A stretch of 64,000 bases of DNA from Macrostomum lignano. Taxonomy: Eukaryota. The stretch's first letter is position 1, and each line of letters starts with the position of its first letter. A program made the position numbers and the translations under genes. Shown piece after piece: positions 1 through 11,348 of the stretch. The notes below the pieces were generated by a model. It worked only from the letters and a program-made list of their open reading frames with translations. It was not told where the DNA came from and searched no databases. The DNA lies in the NCBI GenBank assembly GCA_002269645.1, contig NIVC01002130.1, positions 10,038 to 74,037 of the forward strand. Reading direction: 5' to 3'.

Positions 1-499
1 GGCTGTCACTGATCGATTTAATTCTACTTTTCTTTCCCTGCTCCGAGTCGGCTCGACCTTCTCTCTCCCCCCACCTCACCCCCAGAGACGATGGGGTAAA
101 TTTCCTTTGCTCAATTTCGCTTCACCTGACATGCCGTGTGCAAGAAGGTGGCGAGCCTCTCAAAACTTACAGGTTCGTTTTGTCCTCCGTGAAATAGCTC
201 GAGGAGGCCTTACAGCCAGAGTGAACTGGCAAATCCTGTGTTCAGACAAATTTAGGCTGACTGCAGTCTGCCTGAGCACTGGCCAGTTTGGCAAGGATTG
301 CTTTTGCTTTAGGCACCCTGGAGGCCACCTTGAAACAGCTGCCGAAAAGAAAGGCGTATGGAATTTGAAAGTGTATCTACACTCGCAGCTCTTGAGATTA
401 GAGCAGAGGTAGGCAAATTTTTTGCCTTGAGGGCCAGATAGAGAACCTAAAGCGCATGGCTGCGGGCCAGAGGAGGGGCGAGAGGAGATGAAATTGAGA

Positions 500-1332
500 A
501 GAAAAGGGAAGAAGAGAAGAGAAATAGGAGAAAGAAGAGAAGAGAGAATAAAAGAGAGAGGAGAGGAGAGGAGAGGAGAGGAGAGGGGAGGAGAGGAGAG
601 GAGAGGAGAAGAAGAGAGGAGAGGAGAGGAGGAGAGGAGAAGAAGAGAGGAGAGGAGAGGAGGAGAGGAGAGAAGAGGAGAGGAGAGAAGAGGAGAGGAG
701 AGGAGAGGAGAGGAGAGAAGAGGAGAGGAGAGGAGAGGAGAGAAGAGGAGAGGAGAGAAGAGGAGAGGAGAGGAGAGGAGAGGAGAGGAGAGAAGAGGAG
801 AGGAGAGGAGAGGAGAGGAGAGGAGAGGAGAGGAGAGGAGAGGAGAGGAGAGGAGAGGAGAGGAGAGGAGAGAGGAGAGGAGAGGAGAGAAGAGGAGAGG
901 AGAGGAGAGAGAGGAGAGGAGAGGAGAGGAGAGGAGAGGAGAGGGAGGAGAGGAGAGAGAGGAGAGAGAGGAGAGGAGAGGAGAGGAGAGGAGAGGAGAG
1001 GAGAGGAGAGGAGAGAGGAGAGGAGAGGAGAGGAGAGGAGAGGAGAGAGGAGAGGAGAGGAGAGGAGAGGAGAGGAGAGGAGAGGAGAGGAGAGGAGAGG
1101 AGAGAGAGGAGAGGAGAGGAGAGGAGAGAGAGAGGAGGAGAGGAGAGGAGAGGAGAGGAGAGGAGAGGAGAGAGAGGAGAGGAGAGGAGAGGAGAGGAGA
1201 GGAGAGGAGAGGAGAGGAGAGGAGAGGAGAGGAGAGGAGAGGAGAGAAGAGGAGAGGAGAGGAGAGGAGAGGAGAGGAGAGGAGAGGAGAGGAGAGGAGA
1301 GGAGAGGAGAGAAGAGGAGAGGAGAGGAGAGG
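500..1332. repeat. (GAGAG)n polypurine microsatellite
   Basis: Continuous GGAGA/GAAGA pentamers. This tract generates the RGEER and SSPLL ORFs in the track. Confidence 0.98.
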
Positions 1333-1904
1333 GGCGCATTCCTGTTGTGAAGTTTCAAAGAACCCAAGGGCCGAATAGAGAGGCCCAGGGGCCTTGCCGA
1401 CCCCTGGCAGAGAGAGGCCCGCAGCCCACAGTTGCCGCGGTTGAGCGAGCACACGGAGAATGAGTGGGTAGGCTCTGAGCCCAGCTTTCACACGGCAACG
1501 GGCAAAGGTAAACGAAGTCAGTTCGAAGAAAAGACTGCAGTTAGTTCCGCGTCTAATTGCTACACAATAAAGTTCAGGACTGCGCATTTCTCTCTCGCCT
1601 CCCTCTGTGCGGCGTGTGTTGATTCTCTCTCGAAGGAGAAGAGAGACTTTTTTCTGACAAAATTAAGCTGCCTCGAAGCCTAAGCGTGTTTGCTAGTTCA
1701 AATTTCACGGCTCAGTTACCCTTGTACGCCCTGGTTAAGCGTTGAGTTTAGCAAACATTAATTGGAGGCTTCTCAATGCCAAGTCTTTTTTACCTGGGCT
1801 GCTTTACGAGCGGAGTAGTTGTGGAAGCTCAAGGAGTGAAGGACTCAGTGAAGGATAATAAGGGAGCAGCGGGGGCACTCAGTGGAAGTCACCGATAGTT
1901 AAGC

Positions 1905-2680
1905 TAGTTACAGACAGTGACAGACAATTAGTGACACGACAACTAGTGACAGACACTCATTGACAGGCACTCAGTGACAGGCACTCAGTGACAGGCACTC
2001 AGTGACAGGCAGACAATTAGAGACACGACAACTAGTGACAGGCACTCAGTGACAGGCACTCAGTGACAGGCACTCAGTGACAGGCAGACAATTAGAGACA
2101 CGACAACTAGTGACAGACACTCATTGACAGGCACTCAGTGACAGGCACTCAGTGACAGGCACTCAGTGACAGGCAGACAATTAGAGACACGACAACTAGT
2201 GACAGACACTCATTGACAGGCACTCAGTGACAGGCACTCAGTGACAGGCACTCAGTGAAAGGCAGACAATTAGAGACACGACAACTAGTGACAGGCACTC
2301 AGTGACAGGCAATTACTGACAGACAGTCAGTGGCAGACACTCAGTGACGGACTCTCAGTGACGGACTGTCAGTGACAGACACTCAAGGACAGACACTCAG
2401 TGACGGACTCTCAGTGACAGACACTCAGTGACAGACACTCAGTGACGGACTCTCAGTGACGGACTGTCAGTGACAGACACTCAAGGACAGACACTCAGTG
2501 ACAGGCAATTACTGACGAACTCTCAGTGACGGACTGTCAGTGACAGACACTCAAGGACAGACACTCAGGGACGGACTCTCAGTGACAGACACTCAGTGAC
2601 AGACAATTAGTGACACAACAATTAGTGACACAACAATTAGTAACAGACAATTACTGACAGACACTCAGTGACAGACAACA
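1905..2680. repeat. 14 bp minisatellite (GACAGGCACTCAGT) with higher-order variants
   Basis: Repeated gacagRcactcagt units interleaved with a recurring gacaattagagacacgacaactagt block. Confidence 0.95.
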
Positions 2681-3382
2681 AAAGACTGACTATGCATGGC
2701 TCAGTAAGAAAGTTGTCTACTTAAAAACAAAGGCATTTTATCCAGAGAACAAAGACATGAAAATTTTGAAGCGGCCTCTCTCTTTTTTACTCCCAACTGT
2801 CAAAGAATCCAAGCTCAAACACTGTGCTCAACTGGCACGTGCGCAGTGGACAACCGCCATGACTCACTGAACTCACACAGTGAGTAGGTGTCGTGCGTTG
2901 AGCCCATCAACTGCTCAACTGTTAGTAGAGGAGAGTCCTATGGGAGAGGGGAAATTCTGCATCAGCAGCAGCAGCTGAATTGGCAATGAAGGGAGCTGGG
3001 AAGGAGGGGCCGATGTGGACTGGGAGAATTGAGTCAAGGTCAGGCTGGTGAGGTCACAGGGGGAGGGAGAGACGTACGCGCTCATTGTTGCGAAGCCAAC
3101 CCGTTGGAATTTGGGAGAAAAGATGGAATGTGTATGGCACTGCCAATATCCCTGATGGATGCGAGGAAGCCAAAGAAAGAGAAGCCTGTAGTTCTCTGCA
3201 ACCCCACCCCCCCCCCACCTATCTCTGTTTATACGTGCCCAGGGCAAACACAGATAAGGCTGAGGCAGGTAGCACAGGTAGAGATAGCACTAATAGCTCC
3301 TTGCGAGACTGATTTTTCGTCCTTGTAATCTAAGAAGCTCAATAAACTGTTTGAAGTTGAACTTATTTGAGTAAACAGCGAT

Positions 3383-3645
3383 AAGGAATCCAACTATAGT
3401 CGTTAGTGACTCCAAGAGTACCAATGACTACACTGGGAAGGATACGAACCTGGGACCTCACGGTCGCTAGTGACTCTGAGAGTACCAATGACTACACTGG
3501 GAAGGATTCGAACCCGGGACCTCATAGTCGTTAGTGACTCTGAGAGTACCAATGGCCATACTGGGAAGGAATCGAACCCGGGACCTCAAGGACGCTAGTG
3601 ATTCTAAAACGCTGCGGATACAGCGGCAAGGAATCGAAACCAAGA
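3383..3645 (-). repeat. 64 bp tandem array of tRNA-like (Pol III B-box) units
   Basis: ccaatgRcYaYactgggaagg recurs at 3421, 3485 and 3549 (period 64). Each unit has GGTTCGAATCC or a close variant on the minus strand. Confidence 0.75.
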
Positions 3646-4279
3646 CCACTGGTTAGATAACTAACCGATACTGAAAATTCCAACTCCCAGAGGCAATAGT
3701 TTCTTCCCAATCGCTTCTAAGGATTATCAAAAAGTATCTAAAGGTCCATTGAACACCTTCGCCCTGTCGAGGCAACCGAGGAACGAATCGACCGATGCAT
3801 CCCCGAGCGCTTGGCAGCCGTGGATCAGAGTGGGGGATTTCACAAATCTTTCGGGTCCCGCGAGAGAAAACGAGAAAGAAAATGGTTTTGGGAAAATTCT
3901 CTTCTCCACCGCGCGTTTACAGTGCCGCCTGGGGATAAAGCGGAACCATTTTTCTAGTCCCCCAGGGCGGGATTAAATCCACAAATCCAAGAGGGGAACA
4001 CGAGCTGAAAGCACCCGATGGCGGGCATTCCGTGGCTTCTGGTTTGGCTCTCCTTCTTCTTTTAGTAGAACTGGAAAGATACAGCAGAAGAGTGCAGCAA
4101 GGATCTCCGTACCATTAATATTTCAGTGATTTTTTACACTTTCTTTTGACGGGACTTCATCCCGGAAATCCTCACCTACATAGGTCCCGGGATCGATTTT
4201 TGGCGGCGAAGCTTTAAACTTGGCGTGAAAAGTTTTGATTGAGCAGCTTGACTGCCTACGAGAGCCAAAAAAGCAATGA

Positions 4280-4445
4280 TTTCCGCTGACCCCTGAGCAC
4301 AGCTCGAGCCAATACTGTACGCGGGCACGCACTCAAACACGCTCACACAGGGTGTACAGCGGCACTTTGAATTTCTAATCGTCAGGCATGTACACTCTCT
4401 GTGCCTTGGAGGCTGGCCCTCATGGCTGTGACTCGAACGACAGCC
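4280..4445 (-). mobile_element. tRNA-derived SINE family, partial copy (body only)
   Basis: Shares ttccgctgacccctgagcac, gccaatactgtacgc and tgaatttctaatcgtcaggcatg with the copies at 20.1 kb and 21.1 kb. Confidence 0.7.
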
Positions 4446-4522
4446 AACTACACCAAAACAGGCTTTTTAACTGGAGCTTCGCCTGACAGTGCTTTACTGT
4501 ACTACTAAGTCTGATGACGTCA

Positions 4523-7500
4523 TCATACCGCTCGCATGTGCGCCAGCACTGGCCAGGTCGACCCTGCCGGCATCCGCACTTCGTCCTCGCTGTCGTCATC
4601 GTCGTCGTCTTCGGCAGATCCGCCGTCGTAGCCCGACGACCAGCCGGGGCCTTGCCGGCGACGCTGCCGTCTCCGCCGCCGACGACGCTGACGTCGCTGG
4701 CAATTTGATCCTCGCCGTCGACTGCCGTCGTACTGGCTCTGTCGCAGTCGTCGACAGCCGAAGTACAACGCCAGCACAGACGAGGCGACGAGGCAGACAG
4801 CGACAGCGACGAAGCCGGACGCGCCGGCAACAGCGATGGCCAGCTGAAGCCAGTGCGAGCCAGCAGTCTCGCCGGCGCTGTTTATCGTCGAGGACGACTC
4901 GGCAAGCACAGCTGCAGGATAGCAAGCGAACTAATGTACTCTATGGATGGATTAGGGACAATAAGATTACTGTCACTCACTCACCTGTCGCAATTGGCAG
5001 ATAAACCCTATAGCCCAGCAGTTGGGAGGCCCTATCGGCTGTGATACGCTTGTTGATCAAAGCTGCGCATCGGGCGGCTGAAACGTAGGCACCGTCGAGT
5101 CGGACTGCGTAGACTAGGCGAACTTGTTGGGTGAAGTTTCCGTCCCGGATAGTGGAAGACATCAACTGGTGGGTATAGAGAGTGTAGTCATTGTGCAAGT
5201 CTAGGCCTAAGCAAGCCCGTTCCAGACCCTCACTCCCTGCCCCAAACCCCGCCATCCCGCAGCTACCTCCCTCCTGCCCCATTCCAAACCCCGCCACCCC
5301 ACAGCCACCTCACTCCCTGCCCATTCCGAACCCCGCCACCCCACAGCCACCTCACTCCCTGCCCATTCTGAACCCCGCCATCCCGCAGCCACCTCCCTCC
5401 CTGCCCATTCCAAACCCCGCCACCCCACTCCCTGCCCATTCCGAACCCCGCCACCCCACAGCCACCTCACTCCCTGCCCATTCGGAACCCCGCCATCCCG
5501 CAGCCACCTCCCTCCCTGCCCATTCCGAACCCCGCCACCACTCACCCCAAGCACGGGCCTCCCATCCTAGAAGATACTCTACATCTACCACAAAAATGTG
5601 GCAATGGAAAAGCAAAGACAATGTAAGACCATTCACTCAATTGTACCTGTAAAGTGACATTTCCACCATCCTGTCCAACTGTAACAATTTCAAACAATTT
5701 CCGCAGTCTGGCTGTCACTTCAAACTGCCATGGGCAGGATGATACATTAGTTTCAATGGGAACAGATTGTAAGTCTGCAAATTTGAGGTTGAGATGGCGT
5801 TTTGTAACAAGAAACTGATCAGTTTAATTAGTCCATATAAAGATTGCTTCTTGGCTTTAGCACCAGGGGCGCCAGCACCAGGGGCGCCAGCACCAGGGGC
5901 GCCAGCACCAGGGGCGCCAGCACCAGGGGCGCCAGCACCAGGGGCGCCAGCACCAGGGGCGCCAGCACCAGGGGCGCCAGCACCAGGGGCGCCAGCACCA
6001 GGGGCGCCAGCACCAGGGGCGCCAGCACCAGGGGCGCCAGCACCAGGGGCGCCAGCACCAGGGGCGCCAGCACCAGGGGCGCCAGCACCAGGGGCGCCAG
6101 CACCAGGGGCGCCAGCACCAGGGGCGCCAGCACCAGGGGCGCCAGCACCAGGGGCGCCAGCACCAGGGGCGCCAGCACCAGGGGCGCCAGCACCAGGGGC
6201 GCCAGCACCAGGGGCGCCAGCACCAGGGGCGCCAGCACCAGGGGCGCCAGCACCAGGGGCGCCAGCACCAGGGGCGCCAGCACCAGGGGCGCCAGCACCA
6301 GGGGCGCCAGCACCAGGGGCGCCAGCACCAGGGGCGCCAGCACCAGGGGCGCCAGCACCAGGGGCGCCAGCACCAGGGGCGCCAGCACCAGGGGCGCCAG
6401 CACCAGGGGCGCCAGCACCAGGGGCGCCAGCACCAGGGGCGCCATATAAATGTACTCTTAGCCAGCCAATGTGGGCTTGGCAGTCTTGCCCTCCCCAGTC
6501 TCTAGCACCATAATCATTTATCGCAGTAACTAACTAGCACCAATCAAGGACTCACCAGTCTGCACCCAGAAAGGCGACAATTTCAAATTTGCAGTAGAAT
6601 TTTGTTGACACTTCGTGACATCTGACGTCGAATTCTCTGACTGGACGTTGGGTGCAGCTGGTGACGCCGCAGGCGCATCAGTTGCTGCAGTTGGGGACGC
6701 AAGCAGTTCTACAGATTTTCCTGTTGTTGACGGCGTCAGTTTGGCATGGTTGGCTGGTGACGGTGGCAAAATACTGACTTTGAATGGCTTTGGAGTGCTT
6801 GTTGGCGATTTAGCTGCTTCTGTTGTCAGCGCAGGTCTCGAAGACGTATCAGATGCATCCGGGGAGATTATTGATTCAGTGGACGGCGGCGGTTTCAATG
6901 TTGTTGCACTTTCAGAGCCTGGCTTTATTGATTCGTTTGCTCTGTCCGATGGCAAAGGTGAAGTGCTCGGACTGCCTGCTTCAGATTCAAGAATATGAGT
7001 TAATCAATCTATTTTTACAATGCACGCTCGTAGCCTATGATTAACTATATTGTAATTAAATTATGAACATTTGACCACACGTTGGCAATAATTTCTGAGA
7101 CATTATTAAAGGTTAAGTGAACACTCTGCAAAATATTTTTAATAAAAATAATTAATTAATTTTCCTAAGTTGCCCGAATTTATTCTTTTAGTATAAGAAA
7201 ATAAACTTCAAATTCAAGTGAAATATTTTAAATTGTGACACTGCTTAAAACATTTCTAAAGTGAATCTTATTTTTAGTCAATGTTTCATTGTTGATTTGC
7301 ATCCTTAAGTAATAAAATATGAACTATAAATTTTAACTACATTTAAATCAAGCCACTCATAATATTAGCACTTGCTATCTAAAATCTTATTCATGTTTAC
7401 ACAGGTTCCTGTCTAGCTGCAGTTTGCAGAATTCTGTATATCATTATCAATTAGCACTGATTCAAAAAGCACAAAACTTACTTGTATTTTGATTTTGAAT

Positions 7501-7575
7501 GACACGCGAGGTACAAAATACCAAGTACGGCACACTGATATTGAGGATGGTTAAGAAAACGGATGTAACTTGCAT
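4523..7575 (-). CDS. Predicted type I membrane protein: hydrophobic N-terminus, Ser/Thr/Pro mucin-like stalk, single TM helix, Arg-rich then Asp-rich tail
   Basis: Exons 7575-7482 (MQVTSVFLTILNISVPYLVFC, GTAAGT donor), optional 7433-7401, 6975-6556 (GTGAGT donor) and 4911-4523 (cctgcag acceptor). All junctions are phase 1, giving 300 or 311 aa. TM segment WLQLAIAVAGASGFVAVAVCLVASSVLALYFGC is followed by RRLR. The two 3' exons are better supported than the 5' exons. Confidence 0.62.
5215..5545. repeat. About 40 bp C-rich intronic minisatellite
   Basis: Repeated ctcactccctgcccattccgaaccccgccaccccacagccac. Confidence 0.93.
5859..6446. repeat. Perfect 15 bp minisatellite (GCACCAGGGGCGCCA), about 39 copies
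   Basis: No unit variation seen. It lies in the intron of the predicted membrane protein gene and generates the PGAPA, STRGA and LVLAP ORFs. Confidence 0.98.
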
Positions 7576-10500
7576 GCTTATTGCCTTGTAGAAAATGCCT
7601 TTGACAATTTGTTAGCTATCTATTACGCACGTACGTAGGTGCTAATCTTTGATAAGAAATCGCATTTTTATTTTCTTTACAGCAAGCGAAAAAAGTGGCA
7701 TTTTCAGTTCTAATTTTTTGTTTGCCACTACTAGGTTTAAATTACAATTCTAGCGCATGTTCGAAACGGCAAGGGCCCTGCTGGTCGCTCTCGGACTTGA
7801 ACGGTCCATGCTATCTATATTTGAAATTGAGTTATTGGGTTTATTAGATACCGCTATGAATTTTGTAGCAAAAAAATTATTTTTAAAAGAAAACAATAAA
7901 TTATTCGTTTGTTTCCCAAAATTCAGAACAAATACTATTTGAGCCACAGAAAGTAAAAGGAAAACTGTACTATTTTATTTTACTTCTTTTGCCACACCGG
8001 AGAATCTACGTTTCGAATCCGCAGCATGTTCAAAATATGGAATCATTTTGAGATACTCCGTTTTTTGTCTTTATTTTATCAATTTCGCTTACGAAATCAT
8101 ATTAACTATTTTAGTGCATATTTTTTCCGTAGTGCATTTTTATTGCTATGTGCATTCAACTGACTCTAAGCGCGCACAGCATATGAATGGCGTACGTAGG
8201 CTCTAGCTATTCATACAAGGACGAGGTCCTTTCATTCGTACAGGATGTAAACATGGAGAAGGAGAAATGAGGCTACACTCGCAAGTTGTGAAAACTGCTT
8301 GAGGACTGAAACGAAACACACACGTGCTGTGTTTTATTACATATATACATGTTTTAGTAAAACATAAAACATTAATAAAACATGTTTTGTTTTTATTGAC
8401 TATTTGGAAATCGGATGTTCAAACTCGTAGAGATATATTACATGTATATGTATTACGATTTTAAAATACGAGCATCCTTAATACTGGATGCCCATGTAGT
8501 GTACATTTTGCTGCGAAAAGCAGCTCCCGACAAAATTTGCATGATTTGAGAGCGTATTATTATACTTTAGCTGTCCATAGATGTAAAGCGGTACTTGGTT
8601 GTCATTTTCACTTTTCAGGTATGTAGTACTTAGCTTGAATTTATTGCAATGTTGGCGACTGCAATTGCTTGATTCCAACCAATATGGTGTAAAATTCAGA
8701 CGCCTACTGCACCGAAGTTTTTGTTACTGATTCAAATTATTTTATCACGTATTTTGCTATATTAGGAAACCTACACATTTTATATTGCGAAAGAATACAG
8801 AAGAAAGAGTTTGATTGATGCCTTTACTCGAATTCCTAGCACTTTTGTAAACAGTACATGTGCATAAACTATTCACCTTCAATGCTTTTTATATTGTACG
8901 CTTGTCGAGCCCTCAAGATTCTCGAACGCCTTCGGCTTCTTACGAGCTATATGTAGTCCAAGGTAGAATGAATAATTCAGGCTATGCGGATTCCTCACTC
9001 GATTCGAGGCACCTTTTTATAGGAAAAAAGGTAGAGGAAAAATGTCAATAAGTTTTTTTTTTACCCAATCTGCATCGCAGCAGAGAGTTCATTTTCTTGA
9101 ATAAACATGGCCTAGCCGGCCTACTCATAAATCCTGACCGCGATAGTGACTTGAGTTTAGTCAGACATTTGTTTGAAATATATAAGCTCCGATTGTTTGA
9201 GTGATCTCGATGGCCTATTTGCGCTTCCGCGAGGTCCATTACTCGTGATTGTAAATACTTTCGAGCAACATTGGAAAAATGTTGTGTGAATGAAAAATGA
9301 CTGTGTTTGCTACAGTCATTAAGTAGGCAATATGTTTTTATTTGAAGCGAGCAAAATGCCATGCACAGTCTATCATAATCAGTGAGCACCCACCCATTTT
9401 TGAGAAAATACCACTTGACAATTGCTTTTTTCTGCTACAGAACGGAGCAACGTAGGTACACGAAACTCAAGGAGACTTCATCAATGCTGCTAGGGCATTC
9501 AGTACAGCACTGCGCTTCAGACCTTGCCTTGCCAACACAAATCTTCATACTTCATCAGCACGTCCACCGCATCATGTCTGGCGTCATCGGTCAGACTTCG
9601 ATGGCCGACCGGTCTTTTACCCTGGCTTCTGGACCTAGCCTAAGCCGACAGTTGACCCGCAGCCAGCGAGAGGGCAAGCAGCTTGACAGATGTTCACCCA
9701 GGATGTACAGCGGCCCTATGAACCTTTCATTCTCCGGCATGTACATTTCAAACGACTATGTGGCCTGGGACTTAATGGGGTTGAATCGTACAACAAAAGC
9801 GACGTTGACGCGTGATTCCTGACATTTTAGCGCCGAGCCAATCTGCTCCCTTCGGTAGATACTATTATTTAATGATCAATTTTCCAGCGGAATTCCCCGT
9901 CAATCGAACCTGGGTTCTAATGACAAGAAGACTCAAGTAGTGAAGTTCAGATAAACAACACGGATATATTACACCAGACAGCCCTGATGTGGTTGCATAC
10001 CACACAAAGTTAAGTCTGTAAAGCATAGAACAGGTCCTGAGGAAATTGTCGATCACTTGGGACCAGCGCATGTCAGACTAATTAAAATAATGGCATTGGC
10101 ACGTGTCCCCGCATGCAGTCGGATAATTAAAGGAAGTTGGCCCGAAAGACGTAAATTTCGACGCAAGCTACGTGTACGCATCCTGGATTCCGAAGCTCCG
10201 AAGTTTACTCGCATGGTTGAAATGATAATTGTGGCCAGAGCATATTTGCGTCAAGCTTGAATTTGATTCTGACTGATTGTACGTGCGCAATGTCACGAGG
10301 TTGTTTTCTTGTCATTTACCTTGAGCTGTCCCGTTGACGACTTGTTTTAGGTCGCGTTGATCAATAAGCAGCTTGCAAAGCGTCCGTGAAAAAGTTTTCT
10401 CGTCGTTTTCTGCGTCTTTTTGCGATTAAAACGAAGAAGATATTTTTTACAGCAAGCAGCGCGGCTCTTCCTTTGAGGTTTTGGTGCGATTCACACCTAT

Positions 10501-10997
10501 GAGGATCAACCCCACAAGGCGCAGAGACCGTCACTGTCTATGGTCAAAGCAAATCTGCTCACGACTGATTTAAGCATGGGTAAAATTGGATAACTTTTCG
10601 TCTCAGTATATTTCACTGCGAGAGCAAACACAACATGAATGAAACACGAAATAAACGAAATAATTCAGTAAATAACGTTTGGGAACACAGAATGATATGT
10701 GGTTGGATAGTTCATCAATATAGTTACCTCAAATACATGGTCGTAGTTAGAAACTGCAATCCACGACACACCTGTCTAGCGTGGTGTAATGTTGAATGTG
10801 CTTGGATTGGACAACTCTGCGTCAATCAACTGCTGCTGTCTTACGCTCAGACCAGTCCATTGACTAACTTCTTCACCAGGATCACGATGTCCAAGTTGCT
10901 GCAGAAACTCAATCTCATTCATTTCTAAACCGCTAATATCTTCCTCTAGTATTGATTCCCAGTGAAACATGGCTAATTCCGAACCTTTAAGTATATA

Positions 10998-11138
10998 ATC
11001 ATGGATGTTTAATGCGCATTCTAGGGTTAGAAAGTCCGAGGCTGCATTTGATGGTCTCGAGGCGAGCGAAGCGAGCCGAGGACCATTAAGTGTGGCCGAG
11101 GACTTTCTACCATAGAATGCGCATTAAACTACCGTGAT
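10998..11138. other. About 140 bp hairpin (arms about 65 bp) upstream of the Crypton-like ORF
   Basis: gtttaatgcgcattctagggttagaaagtcc pairs with ggactttctaccatagaatgcgcattaaac. The loop region reads gagcgaagcga. Confidence 0.85.
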
Positions 11139-11348
11139 CTTATATGAAATCCGAATTACTTATTTTTGTAGCTTTCTCTTGAGCCGGGCCGAATGCGGTG
11201 CAGCCAGTCGGCAAAGATTCGACTGGGGGTGTGGGGGCGAAGCCCCCACATTGGAACCATAGACAAATTTTCCATAAATTTAAGACAGTACTAGCTAGAC
11301 GAAATCCGAATTACTTTCTTTCGTAGCTTTCTCTTGAACCACACCGCG

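Noticed and set aside
160-1587. Long ORFs of 296-475 aa (SSPLL/RGEER)
   Set aside because: Translations of the (GAGAG)n microsatellite, with no complexity or splice support.
3421-3645. Functional tRNA genes
   Set aside because: The units are only 64 bp and I could not form acceptor and anticodon stems, so they are reported as a tRNA-like repeat instead.
5794-6513. (PGAPA)n collagen- or elastin-like ORF
   Set aside because: A perfect nucleotide repeat with no synonymous variation, open in several frames and lying inside an intron of the opposite-strand gene.
8478-10970. Several short minus-strand ORFs that might be exons of a transposase or gene
   Set aside because: No recognisable motif, and I could not join them in consistent phase. 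Left uncalled pending a translated search.
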